DNA of 64,000 bases from a virus, in IMG/VR virus record IMGVR_UViG_3300031857_000027; one strand, 5' to 3'. Of this stretch, positions 53,669 to 63,551 are shown one piece after another (position 1 is the stretch's first letter; the number at the start of each line of letters is the position of its first letter). Both the position numbers and the translations under genes were made by a program. The notes beneath the pieces are model-generated. The model was not told the origin of the DNA. It made no database searches and was given only the letters and a program-made list of their open reading frames with translations.

Positions 53669-55045
53669 TTAAGCAAATGTTACCGCTTGATCAGACCAAC
53701 GATTACCTTTTTTATTGTTGTATTCAGCGCAAACAAGTTGACCGTTTTCAATAGTAGTTTCACCACCTAGATCGTGTGGTAGAATGTGATCGGCTTGCCA
53801 CTTTTTGTGATTGTTGATCTCATGTTCTGGAATTTCTTTACCAGTTTTAGGGCAAACACCACCTTGTTTTGACCATAATTCATACTTCTGTGCTTGTGTA
53901 TAAAAACGTTCTTTATCACGTGCAGTCACAAGTTTACCAAGGCAATCAACTTTATTGAACTCACGCAACAAAGTATCTTTACGTGCAGTCAATTCTGGTG
54001 CAGACATGGTATCATTACATGAACTATAAGTACGTGATTCACCACCTGAAGTTGTCATGATTGGTTTATCATTTGCAATCAAACGATTCTCTGTAGCCAT
54101 AAACCACTTGAAAAAATCACCTTCATTCAAAATTTTCATGTTGTTGTCTTGAATATGTGTAGTCAACATATAAAGATTGAATAATGTTGATGAGTTTTTA
54201 AAACCATCATCAGCATATTTTTTCACAAGGCGCAGAACTTCTTCAATGCGTTTCTCTGCACGATTTGTACCACGTGATACCGCAGAGTCATCTTCATAGG
54301 CTTTTTTCTTTTCACCCAATTGAATTGTTTTTTGGGTGCCAAACGTTGAGTAAATTGCCATTGAAACAATAAAGTCATCAATAGAACGGCGAACAAATTG
54401 TTTCTCTGTTGGAAAAACTTTTTTCAAAACTGGATAGTGTTCTTTAACACGATCACGAACCCAACCCGAAAAAGGAACTAGAATAGCATTTAGTTTTTCT
54501 TGTGAGTTAAGAGATACACCGTCATTGATATTCAAAAACAATTGTGTCATATCATAACGTGTAGCATTCGTATATGCAACATAAGCCACTTGCACATACT
54601 CATCAACATATTTGCGGAAAATTTTCTTGAATGTATTATAATTGTCGCAGGTTTTATCAACGTGTACCGTTGTACCATTAGGCAGTGTATAATCTCCATG
54701 TGCAATGGAAATTTTGCCTTCTAAAAATTCATTGATAGTAATGGTGCGGTTGTTACCGTCAATTGAAATCCATTCATATCCTTGGTCTTGCCAATATTTG
54801 AAGTATTTCCAGTCATCTGAACCCTCGATAACATTTTCAAGGCACTTCTCGACATTACAAAGAACAATTTTTGATGGTGCCATGCCTGTAACAAGTGATG
54901 TTACAAATGCGGTTTTTGTATCATCAGACCATCGTGCAGATGATTGAAAGGAAAGGTCTAGACCTGTTTTTTTACGCAAGTCAAAAAGTTGCGGATCAAT
55001 AAGTTTGAAGGATGCATTATAGCAATGCAGTGTATTGTATTTCAT
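53669..55045 (-). CDS. DUF262 (ParB-like) plus C-terminal HNH protein, GmrSD-like
   Basis: FQ...RW, IDGNNRT, FLNINDG..L...EK; DHI.P...GG.T...N.QL.C...N..K. Confidence 0.75.
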   Translation of the reverse strand: MKYNTLHCYNASFKLIDPQLFDLRKKTGLDLSFQSSARWSDDTKTAFVTSLVTGMAPSKIVLCNVEKCLENVIEGSDDWKYFKYWQDQGYEWISIDGNNRTITINEFLEGKISIAHGDYTLPNGTTVHVDKTCDNYNTFKKIFRKYVDEYVQVAYVAYTNATRYDMTQLFLNINDGVSLNSQEKLNAILVPFSGWVRDRVKEHYPVLKKVFPTEKQFVRRSIDDFIVSMAIYSTFGTQKTIQLGEKKKAYEDDSAVSRGTNRAEKRIEEVLRLVKKYADDGFKNSSTLFNLYMLTTHIQDNNMKILNEGDFFKWFMATENRLIANDKPIMTTSGGESRTYSSCNDTMSAPELTARKDTLLREFNKVDCLGKLVTARDKERFYTQAQKYELWSKQGGVCPKTGKEIPEHEINNHKKWQADHILPHDLGGETTIENGQLVCAEYNNKKGNRWSDQAVTFA

Positions 55046-55134
55046 AATTTCTCCTAGTTTAGTTTCTGACCAGTAGTCAGAGTTTAAAAAAGTGTCACTT
55101 ACTTAAACATTGTTTGTTCAGTGACACAAATATA

Positions 55135-55163
55135 ATCCTAACAGAGGACTAAGCCTCTGTCAA
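55135..55163 (-). promoter_or_regulatory. sigma70 promoter TTGACA-N17-TAGGAT with internal inverted repeat
   Basis: -35 at 55158-55163; ACAGAGG/CCTCTGT stem. Confidence 0.7.
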
Positions 55164-55166
55164 GAA

Positions 55167-56348
55167 TTAAAACGGCTGTTCTTCAGAAGTTGTTACCGGT
55201 TCAATCTGTTCAGTTGATACCAATTCACTAGGATCAATACCAGCATCAATCTTAGTATACAGATCAAGGAAGGTAATCTTAGTATCGGCATCAAAACGAT
55301 TCAAGCAATACTCAATCGCTTTTTTCTTATCACCGTAAATACCGAATGTTTTCACAATGTGTACCAAACGGCGGGTTGAAATAACCTCATCACAACCACC
55401 ATCAGCAAAGGTATTACGAATCGTATTAGCCCAAGTAACTAGATTTTTGGCAAATACATCATCAGAACGACCGACTGAATCAAGTTCTTTGTTGATAATT
55501 TTTTCTTCAATACGTGCAGGTGGAAACTCTTGCTCCATTGTATTTGGGAAACGCTCAAGAAACGCCTCATTCAATACATTGGTAAACATATAGCGACCAT
55601 CTTCAGAGCCTTTACCTTTTGTGTTAGCGGTAGCAAACACGGTAAAACCTGGCGCAGGTGTAACCAGTTCATTCTTTTTCTTTAGCAAGAATGGCTTACC
55701 CTCAAGTACCCGTTGTAAGCAGGAAAGATTCTGAGCGCCGTAGTCAATCTCATCAATACAGAGTACAGCACCTTGGCGGGCTGCCACAGTCACAGGACCG
55801 TCACGCCATTCCATTTGACCGTTGATCAGAACATAGTTACCAAGCAAATCACTCTCATCAGAATCAGGTGTCATTGATACGCAAACGAATTTGCGTTTTG
55901 CTTTGGCGCAAGCCTGTTCAATACTCATGGTCTTACCGTTACCAGATTGACCAGTGATGAACACAGGGAAGAATTGTTTTGATTTCACAATTGACAACAC
56001 ATCATCAAAGTTGCCAAAAGGAACATAGTTGTCATATTGAAAAGGAACCAGATTCTCAAGTTCAAGATCAGTTGTCACATTTGCAATACGATTACCTTGC
56101 ACAGGTTCGGGTTTTGCCATAGGTATTACCTGTGCAGCCAGACTGATGGCTGGTGTAGCACCAGAGGCGCCAGGAACACGATATACACCACGTTTGACCT
56201 TATTACTCTCATCGTTAGTGAACCAGTAGGGAATCGCCAGACCAGCATCGGAGGCAATGTCTTTCACTTCTGACAACGATACCTCAGCCTTACCAGTTGC
56301 ATTAAGAGCATCAATAAAAGCCTGACGTTTATTAGCACGACTTGTCAT
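55167..56348 (-). CDS. MoxR/CobS-like AAA+ ATPase
   Basis: GQSGNGKT, DEID, TANTKGKG, LNEAFLERF and ISTRRL motifs. Confidence 0.9.
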   Translation of the reverse strand: MTSRANKRQAFIDALNATGKAEVSLSEVKDIASDAGLAIPYWFTNDESNKVKRGVYRVPGASGATPAISLAAQVIPMAKPEPVQGNRIANVTTDLELENLVPFQYDNYVPFGNFDDVLSIVKSKQFFPVFITGQSGNGKTMSIEQACAKAKRKFVCVSMTPDSDESDLLGNYVLINGQMEWRDGPVTVAARQGAVLCIDEIDYGAQNLSCLQRVLEGKPFLLKKKNELVTPAPGFTVFATANTKGKGSEDGRYMFTNVLNEAFLERFPNTMEQEFPPARIEEKIINKELDSVGRSDDVFAKNLVTWANTIRNTFADGGCDEVISTRRLVHIVKTFGIYGDKKKAIEYCLNRFDADTKITFLDLYTKIDAGIDPSELVSTEQIEPVTTSEEQPF

Positions 56349-56380
56349 AATATAAATTCTCCATCACTTTAGGAACTACC

Positions 56381-56419
56381 ATTATATAAGGATACCACCA
56401 CTTTGTCAAGCGGTGGTAT
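56381..56419 (-). promoter_or_regulatory. consensus sigma70 promoter TTGACA-N17-TATAAT with the -35 inside an inverted repeat
   Basis: -35 at 56404-56409, -10 at 56381-56386; ATACCACCGC/GTGGTGGTAT. Confidence 0.85.
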
Positions 56420-56423
56420 GTTA

Positions 56424-58712
56424 TCAAACTGCTATCATACCGATGAAACGTGATACCAGAACACGGTTGACTTGACGATTTTTGGTATACTTACTGAACG
56501 CCTTGGTCAAAGTTGAGGTGGTAACTTTTGTTGGTGCCTCAAAGTCTTCATCCTCAATATTCAAATCACTACCACCTGGTAGAATAAAGAATGATTCATA
56601 GCCAACATTCTTTGATTCAAGATACTTATCTTTGCGAATCAATTTCATGTACTTTGAATACGCATCTTTCAATTGATAGTAATTCTCACGTGGTGATTTA
56701 CGCAGTTCATTAATTTCATCATTAAACAAACGGCGGCGTACAGCATTTTTCATCATGTAGTTGGGCGACAAATAGAAGCCGATGATTTTTACACCGGTTG
56801 TTTTCGTCAACCAATTACTAATGGCAATACGAATACCATCATCACCTTCAGGTACCGCTTGTTGAATTTTGTTTTTCTTATCACATAGAAAAACGTTCTG
56901 ATAATTTGTACTGAAGAAGTTTCGGTTGCCATTGATGCTTTCACCTTCATTCGGTTTGTGATATGAATTGATATCATCAGCATCACCATCATGAACCACA
57001 CACAAGTTTACAATATCAAGATTGTTCACAGTGCGGAACTCTTTGATAATTGATTGGCAAGCAATCATCGCCTCAGTCAACGGTGTATTGGACAGTGAAT
57101 CGGATTGTGGGCGATAAAAATTAGCACCTCTAGAATAACGACCACCAGACCAAGCATTCATGAGACACAGAATATTCTTTGTTGCCTTAGAAAATTCTGA
57201 GTTACTCATCTTTGAGTTAATTAACTCACGAAGATACACCGAAGACAAGTGCATCTCACGATTGTTTTCAGAGAAACAACCATAAGATTTACCTGTACCA
57301 GGTTCTTCACGGTAGTCAATCGTTTCACGAACATGATCAGCATTACCGAAACCATATGCTGCAAATGGAATGTTTACTTTGCGGCAGAAGGTAGCCAACA
57401 CAAGTATCTGTTCATATGATGCACCAAGATTCTCTGACATTGAACCAGACTTATCAAGCAACAAAATCAAGCCGTGCGATTTACCTTTAGGCACACGCAT
57501 AACTTTTTTGAAAATGTTATCATCAATCTGATATTTGAAAACACGGCTTACATCAATGTCACCAGTTGACGATGTTTTCGCTTTAGAAAACTTATCGGCA
57601 GCCTTACGCATCTCAAATTCTTTTGCCAACAATGAAATGAATCGTTCATTCTTACGACGAAAATCATTGTACAAAGTATTGGCAATTGATTGATAGTCAG
57701 AAGGTCGCTGTTTTGAAAACTCTTCAGTCAGAACTTCCTGTACACGTTTTGCTGGTGTGACAATCTTTGTCAGATTCGGCTTAGGTATATCAACATAAAC
57801 ATACTCACGTGCATGTTTCGCAATGAGTTTGCCTTCATTCTGACGGAAGTTTTCATCAGTCTCACACCGTGGTTCGGGAGTTTGATCCTCACGTACACTC
57901 TGAGATTCTTTGGTGCGATTTACACCATCTTTGTCTTCACCCTCATCATCACCTTCCTCTTCACCATCTTGGCTAGCGTTTGATGCCGATTCATTTTCTT
58001 GATCACCATCTTCACCTTTGGCTTTAGTCTTAGATTTTTGTTCACCTTCGCCATCAGTCTCAGCATCACCTTCATTTGAACCAGGTTGGGTTTCATAATC
58101 TTCATCACCCTCATCGGACTCAAAATTATCTTGAGGCATATTAGTCTGAGACTGTTCTTCTTTTGAATAGTCCCAAATCTCATTGGTAACTTTGAGAACA
58201 TCATCCCATGTTTCACAGGTCTGAACACGTTCAACAAACTCCTGTTCTTTTGCATTGAATGCAACAGGAATGGTGTAGCCAGATTTTGAATAGATGTTCA
58301 AACGGTCAATGAACGACATTGTATTAACATCACGACCAGCCAGACCAAAGAAGTCTTTGTCCATGAGTTCATTGAAACCGTTGACAAACGAACGGCGCAG
58401 ACCAGGATAACGGCGCTTTTGTCGTTTTTCAATACGTGCATCTTCAACTACATTCAAAAAGCCTTTGTAGTTTGCACCACGTTCATGTACAGCACCATGC
58501 CAACCATCGGCAGGAGTATCAATAGCGTGACCAACTTCATGACCCATTAGCAAGTCATAAAGGTCGCCTGACATTTGTTCCCAAATAGGACAGGTTAGAA
58601 CACGATTTTTAGGATCAAACATTGCCGTTGGAACTTTGGCATGTTGAACGATAAGATTCTCGGTGGCCATGAGTTTGGCCAGACCGGACTTTTGATTTTG
58701 AATGTTACTCAT
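56424..58712 (-). CDS. HExxH peptidase-like plus VWA domain protein (partner of the MoxR/CobS ATPase)
   Basis: HEVGHA, NVVEDARIE, acidic linker, MIDAS DKSGSM, TPL, HDGD. Confidence 0.85.
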   Translation of the reverse strand: MSNIQNQKSGLAKLMATENLIVQHAKVPTAMFDPKNRVLTCPIWEQMSGDLYDLLMGHEVGHAIDTPADGWHGAVHERGANYKGFLNVVEDARIEKRQKRRYPGLRRSFVNGFNELMDKDFFGLAGRDVNTMSFIDRLNIYSKSGYTIPVAFNAKEQEFVERVQTCETWDDVLKVTNEIWDYSKEEQSQTNMPQDNFESDEGDEDYETQPGSNEGDAETDGEGEQKSKTKAKGEDGDQENESASNASQDGEEEGDDEGEDKDGVNRTKESQSVREDQTPEPRCETDENFRQNEGKLIAKHAREYVYVDIPKPNLTKIVTPAKRVQEVLTEEFSKQRPSDYQSIANTLYNDFRRKNERFISLLAKEFEMRKAADKFSKAKTSSTGDIDVSRVFKYQIDDNIFKKVMRVPKGKSHGLILLLDKSGSMSENLGASYEQILVLATFCRKVNIPFAAYGFGNADHVRETIDYREEPGTGKSYGCFSENNREMHLSSVYLRELINSKMSNSEFSKATKNILCLMNAWSGGRYSRGANFYRPQSDSLSNTPLTEAMIACQSIIKEFRTVNNLDIVNLCVVHDGDADDINSYHKPNEGESINGNRNFFSTNYQNVFLCDKKNKIQQAVPEGDDGIRIAISNWLTKTTGVKIIGFYLSPNYMMKNAVRRRLFNDEINELRKSPRENYYQLKDAYSKYMKLIRKDKYLESKNVGYESFFILPGGSDLNIEDEDFEAPTKVTTSTLTKAFSKYTKNRQVNRVLVSRFIGMIAV

Positions 58713-58741
58713 TTGATAACCTCGTCAATCACTGAGTAACC

Positions 58742-58770
58742 ATTATATATGGTTTGACGGGGTTTGTCAA
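58742..58770 (-). promoter_or_regulatory. consensus sigma70 promoter TTGACA-N17-TATAAT
   Basis: -35 at 58765-58770, -10 at 58742-58747. Confidence 0.85.
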
Positions 58771-58830
58771 GCACATCAGAAAAGTGTTGCAAAAAAGACA
58801 TCAATACCTCCATATCAAACTGTACACACC

Positions 58831-58859
58831 ATTATAACTGGTATGCTGGAGATTGTCAA
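58831..58859 (-). promoter_or_regulatory. consensus sigma70 promoter TTGACA-N17-TATAAT
   Basis: -35 at 58854-58859, -10 at 58831-58836. Confidence 0.85.
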
Positions 58860-58871
58860 GTTGCTTTTTTG

Positions 58872-60200
58872 CTAACGACCGACCTGCGGTAGGTACTTAG
58901 CCTTGGTCTCTTCCCACGATAGTTCAATTAAGTCATCATAAAACAGTGTTTCATAAGATACATTGTCTTTCTTCATCAACTGTTTGATACGACCTTTGGC
59001 ATGTTTGTCTCTCCAGATACCAACTAATGAATCGTAGTCAGTAGGAAAGGCCTTGACTAATTCACTTTCTTTGATTCGGTCACAAAGAAAATCGTTTGTG
59101 TTTGTATACAATGAACTAAAGTAAATGCCACGTGCATGTTCAGAACGAATGAGTTCTTTAGGCACTTTCAGTTGTGAATAAGTAAAGTTCAAAGAACGAT
59201 TCTTATGGTCACGTTTGTGTGGCTGACCACTTGGTTTTACCGCTTCATACCATTCAAAGTATTTGCGTGTGTGATTTTTTTTCAGCCATTCACGAATCTC
59301 ATATCGTGTATCTTTTTCTGGTTCAAATGAAACAGAACCAGAGGTGAAACCCATTGGCTGCCAATGATCTAGATTATCATACTGTGATAAACCACCCGCC
59401 TTAGTTTTACCATAAAGAGAAGTTGTGGTAACACCAACAAGCACATCACCATAAACTCTTTTCCAGATATTTTGCACTTCATCTGACAGACACAACAATG
59501 CTAGTAGTTTACCACCAACATAGTTGAAGCCTAGTGGTTGAAAAGGTACAATCGTAGAACCAATAGCAGTATGATTAATCATAGCACCTTGTGTCTTACG
59601 TTCACGTGACCAACCAATAAAGTTATCACGTGGTGTCAGATCAAGAAAATCTGATGAGATACAAATCACACCAAGATATTTACCAGTAACATCGTCTTTG
59701 ACAATAAAGTTTAGATTACGACCGATATTGGAATTGTTTTTCATCGTAGAGATGAATGTACGAATCGTATTCCAAGTTTCTGGTAGTTTCTTGTTTCTTT
59801 TCTTTGTGATTGTTACTGAAGAACCATCAATACCAGTTTTTGTAATTTCACCAGAATCATCGGTATACTCTAGAACAGGTTTAAGATTCAAATAGTCTTC
59901 AGCGGATTCTGGCACCCAAATATTTGATTTGACATCCTCAATAGATGCCGCTTGTGACAAATCAATTAGTTGTTTCTCAACACCAAACAATGTTGAAACT
60001 TCTCTACTAGGATATTTGTCTTGTACTTCACACCATTTCTGATACAAAGTATACTCTTTGACATCCATTTGTGAAACATAAGTCAACTCACGTATAACTT
60101 TTTCACGCAGGTAATCAACATCAATATCGGAAAAAGAACTGGCGGGATTTTTGTCCTGCCATTCTTGCCATTGTTGCTCTACAAATGTTTTCTCATCCAT
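58872..60200 (-). CDS. DUF4338 / Druantia DruA-like protein
   Basis: GR.L...V.D...GKYLG, RD.FIGW, GFNY.GGKLLA and TTTSLYG motifs. Confidence 0.7.
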   Translation of the reverse strand: MDEKTFVEQQWQEWQDKNPASSFSDIDVDYLREKVIRELTYVSQMDVKEYTLYQKWCEVQDKYPSREVSTLFGVEKQLIDLSQAASIEDVKSNIWVPESAEDYLNLKPVLEYTDDSGEITKTGIDGSSVTITKKRNKKLPETWNTIRTFISTMKNNSNIGRNLNFIVKDDVTGKYLGVICISSDFLDLTPRDNFIGWSRERKTQGAMINHTAIGSTIVPFQPLGFNYVGGKLLALLCLSDEVQNIWKRVYGDVLVGVTTTSLYGKTKAGGLSQYDNLDHWQPMGFTSGSVSFEPEKDTRYEIREWLKKNHTRKYFEWYEAVKPSGQPHKRDHKNRSLNFTYSQLKVPKELIRSEHARGIYFSSLYTNTNDFLCDRIKESELVKAFPTDYDSLVGIWRDKHAKGRIKQLMKKDNVSYETLFYDDLIELSWEETKAKYLPQVGR

Positions 60201-60771
60201 TTTTTTTGCTATTACGAATAATTTTTTTCACAAGTTTAGTTGCTCTTTGTCTTGCCATTCTCAGTGCTACGGGCTTCACATAGTTCGTATAATGAATTCC
60301 ATTCATGTGGTCCATTTCATGCATAAAACAACGAGCCGTTAATCCATCAAGTCTCATTTCTTGTTTTTCACCATGCTCATTAAGAAATTCAACTTCAATC
60401 CAATCAGGTCTTTCTACATTTAAAAACAGACCTGGATAAGATAAGCATCCTTCTTTTTCTTTTACTTTATTGGCAGACATTATTTTTAGTTTAGGATTCA
60501 AGCATGTTAGTTGAAAGTCGTCCATACCAATAACAAACATTCTCTCAGCAACACCGCATTGGTTTGCAGACAATCCTAAACCAGAATACAATTTCATGGT
60601 AGTACGCAAACGTTTTGCCAAATGAACAATTGCGGGATTAGGAAAGTCTCCTTTATACTCAGGTATAGGAACACTCAACATAAAGTAATCTTCACCATGT
60701 ACAGGCAAAGGATTTACTTTCTCTATTTGTTGTAAGCCAGCGGCAGTATCAATTGTTAGTATCTCACTCAT
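60193..60771 (-). CDS. def: peptide deformylase
   Basis: GLGLSANQ, EGCLS and HEMDH motifs. Confidence 0.95.
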   Translation of the reverse strand: MSEILTIDTAAGLQQIEKVNPLPVHGEDYFMLSVPIPEYKGDFPNPAIVHLAKRLRTTMKLYSGLGLSANQCGVAERMFVIGMDDFQLTCLNPKLKIMSANKVKEKEGCLSYPGLFLNVERPDWIEVEFLNEHGEKQEMRLDGLTARCFMHEMDHMNGIHYTNYVKPVALRMARQRATKLVKKIIRNSKKNG

Positions 60772-62474
60772 TTCACCATCCTTGAAAAATTTTTGACTTT
60801 CTCAAATTTAATTGTATTTGCAAACTTATCTTGTAGTATGTCACCTTTATGGCTGATGACAAACAGATTTACACCTTCAAGTGTATGTAATATCTTCATC
60901 AAGTCTTCTGTGCCACTTGTATCTAAACTTGAATCAAACACTTCATCAAGTATCAATAGATTGGTATTGGTGGAGTTCTTTAGTTTTGCAACTGCTCTCC
61001 ATGTCAACATCAATGCCATATCAATACGCTGTTTCTCACCTTCTGAAAAATTATGGTAAGAAAATTCATCACGATGCCTAGACTTAATTGTTTCTTTGAA
61101 TGACTCATCAAGATTGAAGTTCACAAAGAAATCCATACTTGTCAGATACTTGTTCACCAATTTGTTTATTACTGGCAAATATTGCTTGATGATGTTTGTT
61201 TTGATGCCGGTATCTTTCAACAATGAAGAAGCAACATCGTAATATGCTTTATCATCCAACAACTGCTTCAGTTCATCTTGTGCTTGTTCAACCTCTTTCT
61301 TGATGGTATCTAATTCATCCTCATCAACGTCTTCTTTTGGCTTTTGTATTTGTTTGATTTGTTTTTCTAGTTTGATAATTGAATCATTCAAACCTTTGAC
61401 ACCAGTCTGTGTTGTCGCCAATTGAATGCGTACATTTGATAGTTCTTTTTCTTTTTCACGCAGTTCAGCAACTACATTTTCTTGATCTGTAATTTTTGTT
61501 TGTAATTCCGTCAAAGCACTAGCAAGTTCGTGTTCTTTTGTGCCAAGTTCTGTGAGTTGCCCTTCTTTAAACTCCATGGTAATGGCCTGCCTACAGGTTG
61601 GGCAATCAGCATTGTGTTCATAGAAACTTCTATCATTTCCCACTTTGGATATCTTGCTCTCAATTTGTGACTCAACTTTTTTAAACGCAGTAATCTTCTT
61701 TTCATTTTCAGGAATTTTAGCACAGACTTCGGATAAGGTCTGCTTGGTTTGTTCCAAGCTGTCAATGTCACCATGTAAGGTGCGAATGGTTTCTCTGTGC
61801 AGAAGTATCTCTTCCTCATATTCTTTTACCTTTGCTTCATTATCTTGATTGAGTTTATCTTGATGCTCTTTCTTCAATTGATACTTCTGCATCAACAAAG
61901 ATATATCACTCTTTTTTGCTACCGTCAGGTCTTTATTGTTTGACAATCTTTCTTTGATTAGACCATTCATTGTAGAGAAAATCTGAATGTCTAACAAGTC
62001 TTCAATAATTGCTCTACGGTCGGCAGAAGACAACTGCATGAACGGCGTAAACGATGCTGAACCAAGAATAACGATCTGTGTGAAAGACTTGTAGTTTAGT
62101 TTGAGAATAAACCTCTCTAGGTAGTCTTGATAATCTCTTACAGCCGCATCTTGATTCAGCAAAACTTTATCTTGGTAGATTTCAAAGATGTTTGGTTTGA
62201 TACCACGAACAATCTTGAACTCTTTGCTACCAATTGAAAACTCTATTTCAACTACAGCATCCCGATTGTTGATTGAGTTTACAAGATTTGGTTTGTTAAT
62301 TGCACGAAAAGGTTTACCAAACAAACCAAAACACAAGGCGTCAAGCATCGTTGACTTACCAGAGCCATTCGTACCTACAATTAATGTATTAGCGTTACTG
62401 TTTAGTGCTATTTCGGTAAAGTAATTACCGGTACTTAACAGATTTTTCCAACGCAGTGTTTTAAATAATATCAT
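60768..62474 (-). CDS. recombination endonuclease ATPase subunit (T4 gp46, Rad50/SbcC-like)
   Basis: GTNGSGKS, CPTC hook, FSEGE and LDEVFD motifs. Confidence 0.96.
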   Translation of the reverse strand: MILFKTLRWKNLLSTGNYFTEIALNSNANTLIVGTNGSGKSTMLDALCFGLFGKPFRAINKPNLVNSINNRDAVVEIEFSIGSKEFKIVRGIKPNIFEIYQDKVLLNQDAAVRDYQDYLERFILKLNYKSFTQIVILGSASFTPFMQLSSADRRAIIEDLLDIQIFSTMNGLIKERLSNNKDLTVAKKSDISLLMQKYQLKKEHQDKLNQDNEAKVKEYEEEILLHRETIRTLHGDIDSLEQTKQTLSEVCAKIPENEKKITAFKKVESQIESKISKVGNDRSFYEHNADCPTCRQAITMEFKEGQLTELGTKEHELASALTELQTKITDQENVVAELREKEKELSNVRIQLATTQTGVKGLNDSIIKLEKQIKQIQKPKEDVDEDELDTIKKEVEQAQDELKQLLDDKAYYDVASSLLKDTGIKTNIIKQYLPVINKLVNKYLTSMDFFVNFNLDESFKETIKSRHRDEFSYHNFSEGEKQRIDMALMLTWRAVAKLKNSTNTNLLILDEVFDSSLDTSGTEDLMKILHTLEGVNLFVISHKGDILQDKFANTIKFEKVKNFSRMVK

Positions 62475-63547
62475 TCAGTAGTGGTACTCAGTGCCTCAAC
62501 ATAAAGTTCCTGCATAATACTTTTTAGTTTAACAGGCTCTACATTGATTGTCAAGTTATCGATATACTTTGAAAGTATTGTCATGGTATCTTCTGCCTGA
62601 TCAACTAATTCTTGGTCAATATCAGTTGTTGTATCGGTGAAATCTTCAACGACAGATATATCGGCAGCACCGGCTTTGTATATACTATCAATCACAATGT
62701 CAAACAAAAATGGATTTAGTTTGTTGATCACAACCACCTTGACATAACAACCCTCATAGATCGAATAGTCCATGAATGTTGGTTTATAACCTTCAGCGAA
62801 ATTTTCTAGTTCATCATTATAATTTAACTTGTAAAACATTCTGTATGGGTTCTTGACAAACTCTTGTTCACGGGTATGTGTGTCAAAGATGACAAAGCCA
62901 CGTGGGTCATTATAATCTGCCCATGTCATTTCATTTGGTGAACCAACGTAGTAAATGTGTCCATCATCAGAACGATGATGAAAATGACCAGACAAAACTA
63001 TATCATACTTGTTAAACAGTGCCTTGTCAATACCCTCATGGCAAATATTACCACGATCCATTTCAAAGCCTGCTATTTCAAAATGACCAAAAACGATTTG
63101 TGATTTGGAGTCTTTTAGTCTTTGAGTGATTTCAACTTCGTTATCGTCACATATCCAAGGTACCAGGTCAATATCAATGCCGCCAAACTGCATTGTAGTA
63201 AAAGTATCCAGTACAGTAACATTATCATAACCGTTTAGAAGTAACTTTGAGGAGTTAACCTGAAGGGTGTTTTTGAAAGCGACATCATGGTTACCAAGGA
63301 ATGTGATGAACGTGATGCCATTTTCTTGTAGTTTATCAAAGAAATATTTACGACATAGATAGAGTGAATTGAAGTTAATAAACTTACGGCGGTCGAAAAG
63401 ATCACCAAGTTGTACAACGGTTGTAACATTGTGATCCTTTAAGTAGGGGAAGAACACGTTATCGTAGAACTTCTCTATGTATTTATGAAAGTCTAAAGAA
63501 TCACCTCTCATACCGAAGTGAGTATCACCAAGCACACATATTTTCAT
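62471..63547 (-). CDS. recombination endonuclease subunit (T4 gp47, Mre11/SbcD-like)
   Basis: GDTHFG, GDLFD, GNHD and SGHFH motifs. Confidence 0.96.
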   Translation of the reverse strand: MKICVLGDTHFGMRGDSLDFHKYIEKFYDNVFFPYLKDHNVTTVVQLGDLFDRRKFINFNSLYLCRKYFFDKLQENGITFITFLGNHDVAFKNTLQVNSSKLLLNGYDNVTVLDTFTTMQFGGIDIDLVPWICDDNEVEITQRLKDSKSQIVFGHFEIAGFEMDRGNICHEGIDKALFNKYDIVLSGHFHHRSDDGHIYYVGSPNEMTWADYNDPRGFVIFDTHTREQEFVKNPYRMFYKLNYNDELENFAEGYKPTFMDYSIYEGCYVKVVVINKLNPFLFDIVIDSIYKAGAADISVVEDFTDTTTDIDQELVDQAEDTMTILSKYIDNLTINVEPVKLKSIMQELYVEALSTTTE

Positions 63548-63551
63548 AATA

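Noticed and set aside
55167-56348. Cobalamin biosynthesis (true cobS)
   Set aside because: Generic MoxR-type AAA+ ATPase; no cob pathway genes in the window
100-62424. All plus-strand ORFs and nested alternative-frame minus-strand ORFs in the track
   Set aside because: They lie antisense to or inside well-supported genes and show no recognisable motifs; treated as shadow ORFs
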